DNA of 64,000 nucleotides from Macrostomum lignano (Eukaryota): the NCBI GenBank assembly GCA_002269645.1, contig NIVC01001167.1, positions 124,001 to 188,000 of the forward strand, written 5' to 3'. This document shows, one piece after another, positions 14,901-26,400 of this stretch. Position 1 is the stretch's first letter, and each line of letters opens with the position of its first letter. Both the position numbers and the translations under genes were made by a program. Under the pieces are notes generated by a model. That model saw only the letters and a list, made by a program, of their open reading frames with translations, ran no database searches and had not been told where the DNA came from.

Positions 14901-17900
14901 TGCCCATCTATCCAAGTAGTCAAGGGAACTCCAATCCTTCCGTTGAAGACTGAAACCGAAACGTTTTGTCCATGGACCTCTAAGTGTGCGAATTTGGACT
15001 GGAAGTTGAAACACTTGAATTATTAAAATCCACCCTGGAATCAAAATATGTGACAGAGAGAGGTATTTTCACAATTCCCAATATTCACTATTCATTCACA
15101 ACCCTAACATTCACAATCTTCACAATCACCAATATTCACAATCTTCACGATCTTTAATATTCACAATCTTCACGATCTCTAATATTCACAATCTTCACGA
15201 TCTCCAATATTCACAATCTTCACGATCTCCAATATTCACAATCTTCACGATCTCTAATATTCACAATCTTCACGATCTCTAATGTTCACAATCTTCACAA
15301 TCTCCAATATTCACAATCTTCACAATCTCCAATATTCACAATCTTCACGATCTCTAATGTTCACAATCTTCACAATCTCCTATATTCACAATCTTCACGA
15401 TCTCCAATATTCACAATCTTCACGATCTCTAATGTTCACAATCTTCACAATCTCCAATATTCACAATCTTCACAATCACCAATACTCACAATCTTCACGA
15501 TCTCCTATATTCACAATCTTCACGATCTCCAATATTCACAATCTTTACAATCACCAATATTCACAATCTTCACGATCTCTAATATTCACAATCTTCACAA
15601 TCACCAATATTCACAATCTTCACGATCTCCTATATTCACAATCTTCACGATCTCCTATATTCACAATCTTTACAATTCCCAATGCTCTCAGTCTTCACAA
15701 TCACCAATATTCACAATCTTCACGATCTCTAATATTCACAATCTTCACGATCTCTAATGTTCACAATCTTCACAATCTCCTATATTCACAATCTTCACGA
15801 TCTCCAATATTCACAATCTTCACGATCTCTAATGTTCACAATCTTCACAATCTCCAATATTCACAATCTTCACAATCACCAATACTCACAATCTTCACGA
15901 TCTCCTATATTCACAATCTTCACGATCTCCAATATTCACAATCTTTACAATCACCAATATTCACAATCTTCACGATCTCTAATATTCACAATCTTCACAA
16001 TCACCAATATTCACAATCTTCACGATCTCCTATATTCACAATCTTCACGATCTCCTATATTCACAATCATTACAATTCCCAATGCTCTCAGTCTTCACAA
16101 TCACCAATATTCACAATCTTCACGATCTCTAATATTCACAATCTTCACGATCTCTAATATTCACAATTTTCACGATCTCCAATATTCACAATCTTCACGA
16201 TCTCTAATATTCACAATCTTCACGATCTCCTATATTCACAATCTTCATGATCTCCAATATTCACAATCTTTACAATCCCCAATGCTCTCAGTCTTCACAA
16301 TTCCCAATATTCACAATCTCCAAAATTCACAATTTTCACAATCCCTACTGTTCACAATTTTCAAAATTTCCAATGTTCAGAATCTTCACGATCTTCACAA
16401 ACTCCACAATCCCTAACATTCACAATCCCGAATATTCACAATCCCCAGTATTCAAAATCTTCACAATCCCAGTATTCACAATCTTTACAATCACCAATAT
16501 TCACAATCTTCCCAATTCACAATCTTAACAATCCGATTGTCACTAAAACATGCCAGTCTTTCCAATCCAGATCCAGCAAAGTCCCTGGTGCCGCATAGAA
16601 TTCCAAGTCTTACCCACCAGTGTGTGATTCATGACTAAAAGAGACAGGGTAAAGGGAGCGACTTTCAACCCCAAAGTGGCCTGTGGGGTCAGTCATCACG
16701 TGACTTCCTTCGCTGGGGTCCCCCATCTCTTGAATTATAACTTGGTTCCTCGAAAGCTTGCAATCTTCAGTCTAAACCCACCAGCATCCTCTTTGCCTCT
16801 TATTAATGGCATTGCTGGAAGCGAACTGAACTTTAAGGGAGGCTGCCCTGGATGTGGATCGATTTAAATGACGCTGGGTACTTTAAGAATCTCTCTTGAC
16901 TCCTTATTCCCGAATGGGGATCTTGATCCCAGAAATGGGGATCTTGATCTCAGAAATGGGAATCTTAATTCCAGAAATGGGGATCTTCATCCCAGAAATG
17001 GGGATCTTGATCTCAGAAATGGGATTTTGATTCCAGAAATGGGGATCTTGATTCCAGAAATGGGGATCTTGATCTCAGAAATGGGAATCTTAATTCCAGA
17101 AATGGGGATCTTGATCCCAGAAATAGAAATCTTAATCTCAGAAATGGGGATCTTGATCTCAGAAATGGGAATCTTAATTCCAGAAATGGGGATCTTGATC
17201 CAGAAATGGGGATCTTGATCTCAGAAATGGGATTTTGATTCCAGAAATGGGGATCTTGATTCCAGAAATGGGGATCTTGATCCCAGAAATGGGGATCTTG
17301 ATCCTAGAAATGAGAATCTTGATTCCAGAAATGGGGATCTTGATCCCAGAAATGGGGATCTTGATCTCAGAAATGGGATTTTGATTCCAGAAATGGGGAT
17401 CTTAATTCCAGAAATGGGGATCTTGATCCCAGAAATGGGGATCTTGATCCCAGAAATGGGGATCTTGATCCAGAAATGGGGATCTTGATCCCAGAAATGG
17501 GGATCTTGATCCCAGAAATGGGGATCTTGATCCCAGAAATGGGGATCTTGATCCCAGAAATGGGGATCTTGATCCCACAAATGGGGATCTTGATCCCAGA
17601 AATGGGGATCTTGATCCCACAAATGGGGATCTTGATCCCACAAATGGGAATATTGATCCCACAAATGGGAATATTGATCCCAGAAATGGGATCTTGATTC
17701 CAGAAATGGGATCTTGATTCCAGAAATGGGATTTTGATCTCAGAAATGGGATTTTGATCTCAGAAATTGGGATCTTGATCCCAGAAATGGGGATCTTGAT
17801 CTCAGAAATGGGGATCTTGATCCCAGAAATAGGGATCTGAATTATAGAAATGATCTTAAATTCTTTGAAAAATTAAAAACGCTACTAAACTTACTTCAGC

Positions 17901-18212
17901 TGGGCCTACGGAATTTTGCTATTCGAGATCTACAGCTTTGGCGAGCTGCCGTACCCGGGCGTTTCACCCGGCGACATCCTGGGCCACCTGGAGTCCGGCA
18001 AGGTCAACTCGCGTCCCAAATTCGCCGGCGAGCCGATGTACCAGCTGATGCGCCAGTGCTGGAGCTGGGATCCGAAGCTCCGGCCCGGATTTCGGGAGAT
18101 TTTAAACCGGCTTGAAGAGATGCGGACGGCTGGCAACTCGCTGGCCGAGCCGGAAGCTGCGGATGAAGCTGATTCGGGGGACGGCGAAGTTGGGAATTCG
18201 CAGGCGGAGTGA
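769..18212 (+). CDS. Ig-domain receptor tyrosine kinase, FGFR-like (5'-partial, 8 exons visible)
   Basis: Exons 769-1277, 3105-3525, 4121-4227, 5855-5971, 9757-9968, 12071-12211, 14561-14631, 17900-18212. All introns are GT-AG with matching phases. Exon 1 has an Ig-like domain (LELDC...DQDGYYIC) and exon 2 a TM helix followed by KRR. Kinase motifs: [59 protein letters not shown]...P..RP. The 71-nt exon at 14561 is absent from the ORF track and was read by eye. FGFR-like assignment rests on motif resemblance. Confidence 0.93.
1304..1935. repeat. Composite minisatellite (GAATCCCCCAGATTCCCCT-type arrays flanking a GGGAATCGTT/GAGAATCGTT 10-mer array)
   Basis: Directly visible, in the 5' part of RTK intron 1278-3104. 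Confidence 0.9.
1950..3070. repeat. ~24-bp minisatellite CAGAATTCCCCTAAAGAATCGCCC
   Basis: Tandem copies with variable C-run length. Same family as 8130-9735. Confidence 0.93.
3552..4048. repeat. 30-bp minisatellite ATCTATCGGAGTGACAATTTTATCAATGAC
   Basis: About 16 tandem copies in RTK intron 3526-4120. Confidence 0.93.
4296..5780. repeat. 28-30-bp minisatellite GGGGATCTGTGTGTTCTCTGAATCCCAGTT
   Basis: Fills RTK intron 4228-5854. Confidence 0.95.
6060..7285. repeat. 16-bp minisatellite GTGAGAGTGAATGTAG and variants
   Basis: 5' part of RTK intron 5972-9756. Confidence 0.93.
8130..9735. repeat. Minisatellite CCCAGAATTCCCCAGAAGAATCGCC with higher-order variants
   Basis: 3' part of RTK intron 5972-9756. 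Confidence 0.93.
10001..11250. repeat. 23-bp minisatellite GAGATCTCTACGGAAATCTCTCT
   Basis: 5' part of RTK intron 9969-12070. Same unit as 22085-23295. Confidence 0.95.
11813..12040. repeat. (CTGT)n microsatellite
   Basis: Ends about 30 nt upstream of the acceptor at 12070. Confidence 0.95.
12290..13185. repeat. 15-bp minisatellite GACAGGTAGACACGG
   Basis: 5' part of RTK intron 12212-14560. Confidence 0.93.
13740..14492. repeat. 23-bp purine-rich minisatellite GGGTTAACAGGAGGGGAGAGAGA
   Basis: 3' part of RTK intron 12212-14560. Confidence 0.95.
15075..16530. repeat. 25-bp minisatellite TCACAATCTTCACGATCTCTAATAT
   Basis: Middle of RTK intron 14632-17899. Confidence 0.93.
16910..17840. repeat. 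21-bp minisatellite CCAGAAATGGGGATCTTGATC
   Basis: 3' part of RTK intron 14632-17899. Confidence 0.93.
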
Positions 18213-21200
18213 TCTTAGCGGCTGTCAATGCGGGCTTGAGACTAATTTGGGATATTTATCCTAATTATTTGAATTGGGGAAATTTATCCTATTATTGGAA
18301 TAGGGGATATTTAAACCATTATTGCTAAACTCCTTCCCGACATCAAACTAAGAGTTTTAGGAGTCTTAGGAGCTGTCAGCTCTTATTAATAGCTATTCCA
18401 GTATCTAGTGATTTCTTATTTTTCTAAACTTCATATCCGCACCATACTACTGAAATGTGAGGTACTGGAAATTCAATTCAATTCAATTTCGAAATTCAAT
18501 TCGATTTCGATTATAACAAACTTTTTTACGCTTTTTATTATTCAAAGCGATCAGGCCTGTTTGCTATATGATTGACATCCCAATAAGCATGAACTCATTT
18601 GGCAGCAGATTCTACAAACTATTCTACAAACAAATTATTTACTAATTTGTTATATATGCTACTATAAGTATTTGTGCGTCGAACTATTTTTTCTCAGTTG
18701 GTTCATTCTAATTATCATTTTCTCATCTCTGCGCACGTGTAACATTTAATTCTGCTTTTTTTTATGTCATCTCGATTTATTTTCGACCTGTTTATTATTT
18801 TTTTAAATCGAAACACGTGTTGTATTTAATTACTTTTCCTACGATTAACTACTGTTTTCTAAGTAGGGACTGGCGAGTTTGCGGCGAAAAAACTGTCTAC
18901 AGTTTGCTGAATTTTAATTTTTATGTAATTGATTGATCTTAGTTTTCTGTTTTGAACGATTCTATTTTGTTATAATTTGTTGCGCTTTGCGCTTCAAATT
19001 TTCTGTAGTCCATCATAAAGTTTCTTAGTCGCTCCTTTAATTAATAAAGTCTCCTAAACGTCCCATAAATTCGCAAGACTGCATCATAACTTGTAAACTT
19101 GTATAGCTTTACATAGCTTACATCATCATCTTACATCACCAATCATACATTTGTTAAGTCTTTTGTTAAGTTGTTTTTATTGGTAATTGGTTTTCCCTGT
19201 TGTTACTAGGAGTGTACATGTTTAATAATATTTTTGTTCATTTTTTACCCAATATTTGTACTGTACTATTGTTTTGCATCGAAATACAATTGTAGTATAA
19301 TATGTACTTTACTGCTGACAGTAATAATACATGCGTCGAATATCGTCGAATATTTAAAAAAGCAAAAAAATATAAGTACATGTACCCAAAACTGCTCAAA
19401 CAAATAAATTTACCCACTGAGTAATATTTTATTAGTAAAAATTTGTTTTTGTCGTTTAAAATAATGTTCGCATTAAATAATTGTGACCATTGCAACGTTT
19501 AAAACTTCATTATTTGCATACATATCGTCCAAGCTCTGAGGCGTTTCAGATAGGCAGATAGACAAAGTGATTTAATGGATAGGAATTGACTTTAGCTTAC
19601 ATGTTATATCTATCTCATTTATTGAAGACCAATCAAGTACATCGAAGTGGGGGGGGGCTATTTGATGGGAGCACATATGTACATTGCACATACATTTTGT
19701 AATCTATAAGGGCCACCCTAAATCCTGCTGTATACCTTTATGTCAGTTTGTGGAATTGGGACAACCAGGTCATTCGATTCTGTGTTGGAAGTGACAATTC
19801 GTCTGAAAATGTTCGAATTTTCAACTGATTCAAAGATACATGTATTGCAACATTACGTACTGTACACAGAACTATTAATTTATTTAGTAAATATATCCTA
19901 AAGAAATGAAAATTACAAAGGGCAAGACCAATCAGTTAATTTTCTGGATCTCTTGGCTGCCTCCTTTGGGTGGGTTTCACAAACGCGAAATTTCACAATC
20001 GTTAAATTTTTTGCACTTACTTTCATATACGGCAGTCTTTTTAGCGGTTTCGAAGTTTCGCAGTGGTGAAGTTTCGCATTTGTGAAGTTTATAGCAACAG
20101 TGCCCTATCGCTCCAGCTTGTACCCTTTGCTCCTTCAACAAACAGTTCCGGAAATTGTACTAGTTTTAAGAAAGTTTAGACAAAAATTAGGAAAATCAGG
20201 GTTTTAATTTACCAATTTAACTGCAGAATTTAAAAAAAAGTTTTTGTAATGCATAAAAAATTAAAATACGAACAGCATAAAAGTAAACAAGTTGTTTCGC
20301 CTGACAACTTCGACACGATAGTTTACTCAGATTTTACGAAAACTTTGACTCCCTGTCTCCCAGTTTCCACAATAATGTTAATCTTAACCCAAGCTTTGTA
20401 AATTCACAGAATATATTATTCATACGATAGGCTCGTAGTTTTCCTCAGCTATACTCACTGTGTAATAACATTTATTTTTCTTTTTTATTTCAGCCAACCT
20501 GCACTGGCTTTACGCCTGTACATCAGTATAAAATAGTTTTCTTACTGTCGTAAGAAACTTTAATATTGAAGAAAGTATTCAAATAATATGTGAAAATAGA
20601 TAAATTTTCAAAAATTTTGATAAAAAATAAATAAAACTAGTAGTCTTACACTAAAAATAATACTAGCTAAATTATATTGTACTTGTAGTGTGATATTATT
20701 ATGGGTTTGTGATTTCAAGCGTGAGTCGTGACTGTATTTTCTAAAATTGTGTAATAACAGTAATGATATTATTGTAATAAATAAAACCACTAGAATAATT
20801 TAAGGATGCTTATATGATACTAGCCGTAGCCGATGGATAGAAATTGTTCTGGATTCGCATGCTGTTAGTTTTTATGATTTTTGGAATTTTTAAACACTTT
20901 GGCCATACTCCTAGACTAGCTAGTTGGGAATTATTTGCAATGTTTTGAATTTAACCATTTATCTTGTTAATCATTAAAAATCATATTTATAATTAATGAT
21001 CAAACTTAAACTGTGCACAATTTTTTAGGAATTTTTTAATTTCTAAACTAAGGTAATAAAGGTGCTTAAGATGCTATGAGCTATAGCTGGTATTCTAATA
21101 TCCTCTATCTTACTTTTAATTGATTAAAAATTCCTGAAATCTTTTTTTCCAACTAGCTGAAAGTGAACTTCCATGAAAATTTTATCGAAATAAGCAAATC

Positions 21201-21345
21201 TCAAACAACTTAGTGACGTTGACTCGTAAATCAAAACTTTTTTTTCATTCCATTTGAAAATCAAATGACCAAAATGCAATTAAAAGACAATTGACATTTA
21301 TTAAAGCAGTCAGTAAATGAAATTGTTTAAAAGAGCCAATCAAAG

Positions 21346-21747
21346 TCAGATGTTGTTAACGTTAGTGACGATCCATTCGATCAGCCTAGCCCGGATCTCG
21401 TTGTACCCTGCATCCTGGAAGTTCATCGCTAGAGAGAGCGGCGCGTACTTTAGCCTGGTTGGCGCCCACATCTGCACATAGGGTACATTGCTGATGTCCT
21501 GCGCCTCCGCAATGTTGGGCCGCGGATTGTTGGATGTGTCCAGCGCTGACAGGCGCATGGGGACACTGGACTGGAGACCGCTGGCCTGCCAATTTGCTGA
21601 ACTCCAGCCGCTGAGCTCCTGAAAGATTGGCACCAGTTTGCCCTGACAGATCTGGCAGGTCTGGGCGCTGTACAGCAGCACCTCCACCCGGTTGCTGCTG
21701 TACTTGTAGTCGTAAACGCTCTGCGATGTCACCCAGGCTAGGGTCAT
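21346..21747 (-). CDS. Thioredoxin-fold protein with CQIC motif (133 aa, single coding exon)
   Basis: ATG in gcggccATGA context, GC-rich ORF in AT-rich surroundings. VEVLLYSAQTCQICQGKLVPIFQEL matches the Trx strand-CxxC-helix pattern, and ALD...NIAEAQDISNVPYVQMW matches the region containing the cis-Pro. Confidence 0.75.
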   Translation of the reverse strand: MTLAWVTSQSVYDYKYSSNRVEVLLYSAQTCQICQGKLVPIFQELSGWSSANWQASGLQSSVPMRLSALDTSNNPRPNIAEAQDISNVPYVQMWAPTRLKYAPLSLAMNFQDAGYNEIRARLIEWIVTNVNNI

Positions 21748-22084
21748 GGCCGCGGGACTTTAAATTCCTGATCTTGTCTTATCCTAGAACTGCAGAGCGC
21801 GAACTCTGATCTTGCCTACTAGGCAGAGTCCTACTGCATGTCTTTTTATCCATTCAATTCTCGACTGCCGCTCTTGAAGCGGGTTGTGCCATAGACTAAA
21901 CTTGTGGCTCCTGCCGCCGCGGATGCCATAGAGAGATTGCAATTTTTCTTTTTTGAGTACCTTATAGGTCTGGGGAATAAGTTGTCATTAACTGGATGCG
22001 TAATGATATCAACTTGTGCTGTGAAATCAACCCACTTGCCAAATATCTCACAAATCTTTCTAAAATCAATTTAAACTTACTCAA

Positions 22085-23295
22085 AGATCTACATCGAAAT
22101 CTCTATGACATCTACATGGAAATCTCTCTGACATCTACATCGAAATCTCTCTGACACCTCTACGGAAATCTCTCTGAGATCTCTACGGAAATCTCTATGA
22201 GATCTCTACTGAAATCTCTCTGAGATCTCTACGGAAATCTCTCTGAGATCTATATGGAAATCTCTCTGAGATCTCTACGGAAATCTCTACGGAAATCTCT
22301 CTGAGATCTATATGGAAATCTCTCTGAGATCTATATGGAAATCTCTCTGAGATCTCTACTGAAATCTCTCTGAGATCTCTACGGAAATCTCTCTGAGATC
22401 TATATGGAAATCTCTGAGATCTCTACGGAAATCTCTCTGAGACCTCTACGGAAATCTCTCTAAGATCTCTACGGAAATCTCTCTAAGATCTCTACGGAAA
22501 TCTCTGAGATCTCTACGGAAATCTCTCTGAGATCTCTACGGAAATCTCTGAGTCTATATGGAAATCTCTCTGAGATCTCTACGGAAATCTCTGAGTCTAT
22601 ATGGAAATCTCTCTGAGATCTCTACGGAAATCTCTGAGTCTATATGGAAATCTCTCTGAGATCTCTACGGAAATCTCTCTGAGATCTCTACGGAAATCTC
22701 TCTGAGATCTCTACGGAAATCTCTCTGAGATCTCTACGGAAATCTCTGAGTCTATATGGAAATCTCTCTGAGATCTCTACGGAAATCTCTCTGAGATCTC
22801 TACGGAAATCTCTCTGAGATCTCTACGGAAATCTCTCTGAGATCTCTACGGAAATCTCTCTGAGATCTCTACGGAAATCTCTCTGAGATCTCTACGGAAA
22901 TCTCTCTGAGATCTCTACGGAAATCTCTCTGAGATCTCTACGGAAATCTCTCTGAGATCTCTACGGAAATCTCTCTGAGATCTCTACGGAAATCTCTATG
23001 AGATCTCTACCGAAATCTCTCTGAGATCTCTACGGAAATCTCTCTGAGATCTCTACGGAAATCTCTCTGAGATCTCTACGGAAATCTCTCTGAGATCTCT
23101 ACGGAAATCTCTCTAAGATCTCTACGGAAATCTCTCTGAGATCTCTACGGAAATCTCTCTGAGATCTCTACGGAAATCTCTCTGAGATTTCTACGGAAAT
23201 CTCTCTGAGATTTCTACGGAAATCTCTCTGAGATCTCTACGGAAATCTCTCTGAGATCTCTACGGAAATCTCTCTGAGATCTCTACGGTCATCTA
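22085..23295. repeat. 23-bp minisatellite GAGATCTCTACGGAAATCTCTCT
   Basis: Same unit and orientation as 10001-11250. Lies upstream of the first recognisable ankyrin exon. Confidence 0.95.
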
Positions 23296-23417
23296 CCTTA
23301 AATCTTCTTTCCTTAAATCGCCCATGGAACGTTCAATATCATATTCAACCCAAGCCAATTTTTTTTAATTCTCAAAATTCAAAATACTTTAAAATTTTGA
23401 CGACTCAAAAATTCCAG

Positions 23418-26400
23418 GCTGCAGATCTCGCTGAAGCTGTTCGCTCCGGCGATGCGGGTCGCGTGCGTGATCAGTTCCTTAGCAACCACACGCAGGTGCG
23501 GCTGCTGGTGGAGCGGGACCGGCTTTTGCATGTGGCCTGCGGTTTTGGACACCTGGAGGTTGTGAGAGAGCTGCTGCAGGTGAGGCTGCAGGCAGATGCA
23601 TGTGGGATCTGATAAGGGATTTGATGGATGGTATTGGGATTCAGGGATCAATAATTGGGATTCTCGTGGAAACAATAATCTGACATCTGGGATCAAAAAT
23701 TGGCACTCTGGTATCGATAATTGGATTTCAATATCAATAATTAGGATTCTCGTGGAATCAATAGCTGGGATTCTTCGACAGATCCCTTCGGAAAAAATCC
23801 CCAGCACTACATTATCCCCACGCCCTACGGCCTCCGCCCGTTCCGCCTCCTCCAAGCACGGGGTGCCACCGAATCTCGCCGCGCCAAACTCCGGACGCCG
23901 GCCATTGCACGAGGCGGTCTCTGCCGGTTTCGAGCCCGTGGTTCGCGAGCTGCTGCCCTGGATTGAGAAGCAGCAGCAGCAGCAGCAGCAGCCTCAGGCG
24001 GATGGTGGCATCAATGCTGTTGACAATCGCGGTCGATCTGCTGTCCACGCTGCCTGCGAACAGGGCGAACTGGCCTGTCTGAACCTCCTGGCAGCGGCGG
24101 GAGCGTCGCTGAATCTGCCAGACTCTGGCGGAGTCACCCCGGCGCACCTGGCTGCTGGCAGGGACCACCCGGAGCTGCTTAAACGTCTGAGGAAGCGCTG
24201 CGGACCTGCGGCTGGCAACGCGCTCATGTCTGCTCGGGATGGAAAGGTGGGGGAGAATTTGCGAAAGAGAGCGGATTAGGAAAGCTGATTTAATTGTTGT
24301 AGAAGATTAAGGTGAGAGGGACTGAGAGGCTGAGGGAGAGAAGGAGTAGGATAGGGGAGACAGGGGGAGAGGGAGACAGGGGTAGAGGGAGACAGGGAAG
24401 AGGGAGATAGGGATAGAGGGAGATAGGGGAGAGGGAGACAAGGGAGAGGGAGACAGGGGAGAGGGAGACAGGGGAGAGGGAGACAGGGGAGTGGGAAACA
24501 TGGGAAGGGAGAGACAGGTGGAGAGGGAGACAGGGAAGAGGGAGATAGGGATAGAGGGAGACAGGGATGGAGGGAGACAGGGGTAGAGGGAGACAGGGAT
24601 AGAAGGAGACAGGGATATAAGGAGATAGGGATAGAGGGAGATAGGGATAGAGGGAGATAGGGATAGAGGGAGACAGGGGAGAGGGAGACAGGGGAAAGGG
24701 AGACAGGGGAAAGGGAGACAGGGGAGAGGGAGACAGGGGAAAGGAAGACAGGGAAAGGGAGACAGGGGAGAGGGAGACAGGGGAAAGGGAGACAGGGGAG
24801 AGGGAGACAGGGGAGAGGGAGACAGGGGAGAGGGAGACAGGGGAAAGGGAGACAGGGGAGAGGGAGACAGGGGAGAGGGAGACAGGGGAAAGGAAGACAG
24901 GGGAAAGGGAGACAGGGGAGAGGGAGACGGGGAGAAGAGGGAGACAGGGGAGAGGGAGACAGGGGAGAGGGAGGCAGGGGAGAGGGAGACAGGGGAAAGG
25001 GAGACAGGGGAGAGGGAGACGGGGAGAATAGGGAGACAGGGGAGAGGGAGACAGGGGAGAGGGAGGCAGGGGAGAGGGAGACAGGGGAAAGGGAGACAGG
25101 GGAGAGGGAGACAGGGGAGAGGGAGGCAGGGGAGAGGGAGACAGGGGAGAGGGAGACAGGGGAGAGGGAGACAGGGGAGAGGGAGACGGGGAGAAGAGGG
25201 AGACAGGGGAGAGGGAGACAGGGGAGAGGGAGACGGGGAGAAGAGGGAGACAGGGGAGAGGGAGACAGGGGAGAGGGAGACAGGGGAGAGGGAGACGGGG
25301 AGAAGAGGGAGACAGGGGAGAGGGAGACAGGGAAAAGGGAGGCAGGGGAGAGGGAGAAAGGGAAGAGGGATACAGGGGAGAGGGAGACAGGGGAGAGGGA
25401 GACGGGGAGAAGAGGGAGACAGGGGAGAGGGAGACAGGGGAGAGGGAGACAGGGAAAAGGGAGGCAGGGGAGAGGGAGAAAGGGGAGAGGGAGACAGGGG
25501 AGAGGGAGACAGGGGAGAGGGAGAAAGGGAAGAGGGAGACAGGGGAGAGGGAGACAGGGGAGAGGGAGACAGGGAAAAGGGAGGCAGGGGAGAGGGAGAA
25601 AGGGAAGAGGGAGGCAGGGGAGAGGGAGAGCATAGAGGTAGTGAAAACAGAGAGAGAAACGCAGCAGGGACAAGAGAGCAGGCACAGAAGCAGTTATTGC
25701 TCAAAGCGACCACAATCGCTGTTGCAGAGACCTTGAAGCCCGTTAAGCTCTTGACATTCACACTGTCAGAATCTGCTGACCTCCCCCCACAGGGCCTGAC
25801 CCCCGCGCACTGGGCTGCCGCGAGCGGCGCAACTCGAGCCCTGCACGCCCTGGCCTCGGAGCTGAAGGCGCCAGTGGACCTGCCCGACCGGCAGGGCAAC
25901 CAGCCAGCGCACCTGGCGGCTCGGCACGACCGCCTTAACTGCCTGCGGCTGTTGGCTGACCGGGGGGTGGCTCTGGACCTGCCTGGCAGGGCTGGGAAAC
26001 TGCCGATGCACTTTGTGAGAACGCTGGTGCCCCTCAACGTACCCTTCCTGTCTTATCCTCTCTTCCCATCTCTTCCCCTCTCTTCCCCTCACTTCCCCTC
26101 TCTTCCCCTCACTTCCCCTCACTTCCCCTCTCTTCCCCTCTCTTCCCCTCTCTTCCCCTCTCTTCCCCTCTCTTCCCCTCACTTCCCCTCACTTCCCCTC
26201 TCTTCCCCTCTCTTCCCCTCGCTTCCCCTCTCTTCCCCTCGCTTCCCCTCTCTTCCCCTCTCTTCCCCTCACTTCCCCTCTCTTCCCCTCTCTTCCCCTC
26301 TCTTCCCCTCTCTTCCCCTCTCTTCCCCTCTCTCCCCCTCTCTTCCCCTCTACTCCCTCTCTTCCCCTCTCTTCCCCTCTACTGCCCTCTCTTCCCCTTT

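Noticed and set aside
9-17697. Repeat-derived ORFs inside RTK introns (e.g. 6002-7403, 12059-13239, 15282-16416)
   Set aside because: Low-complexity translations of minisatellites located in well-defined introns.
19980-20095. Three short GAAGTTTCGCA-like repeats with an inverted partial copy
   Set aside because: No termini or TSD, so too degenerate to call an element.
21830-21910. 27-codon upstream ORF (MASAAAGATS...) on the minus strand before the thioredoxin-like gene
   Set aside because: Too short to distinguish from chance, and the transcript start is unknown.
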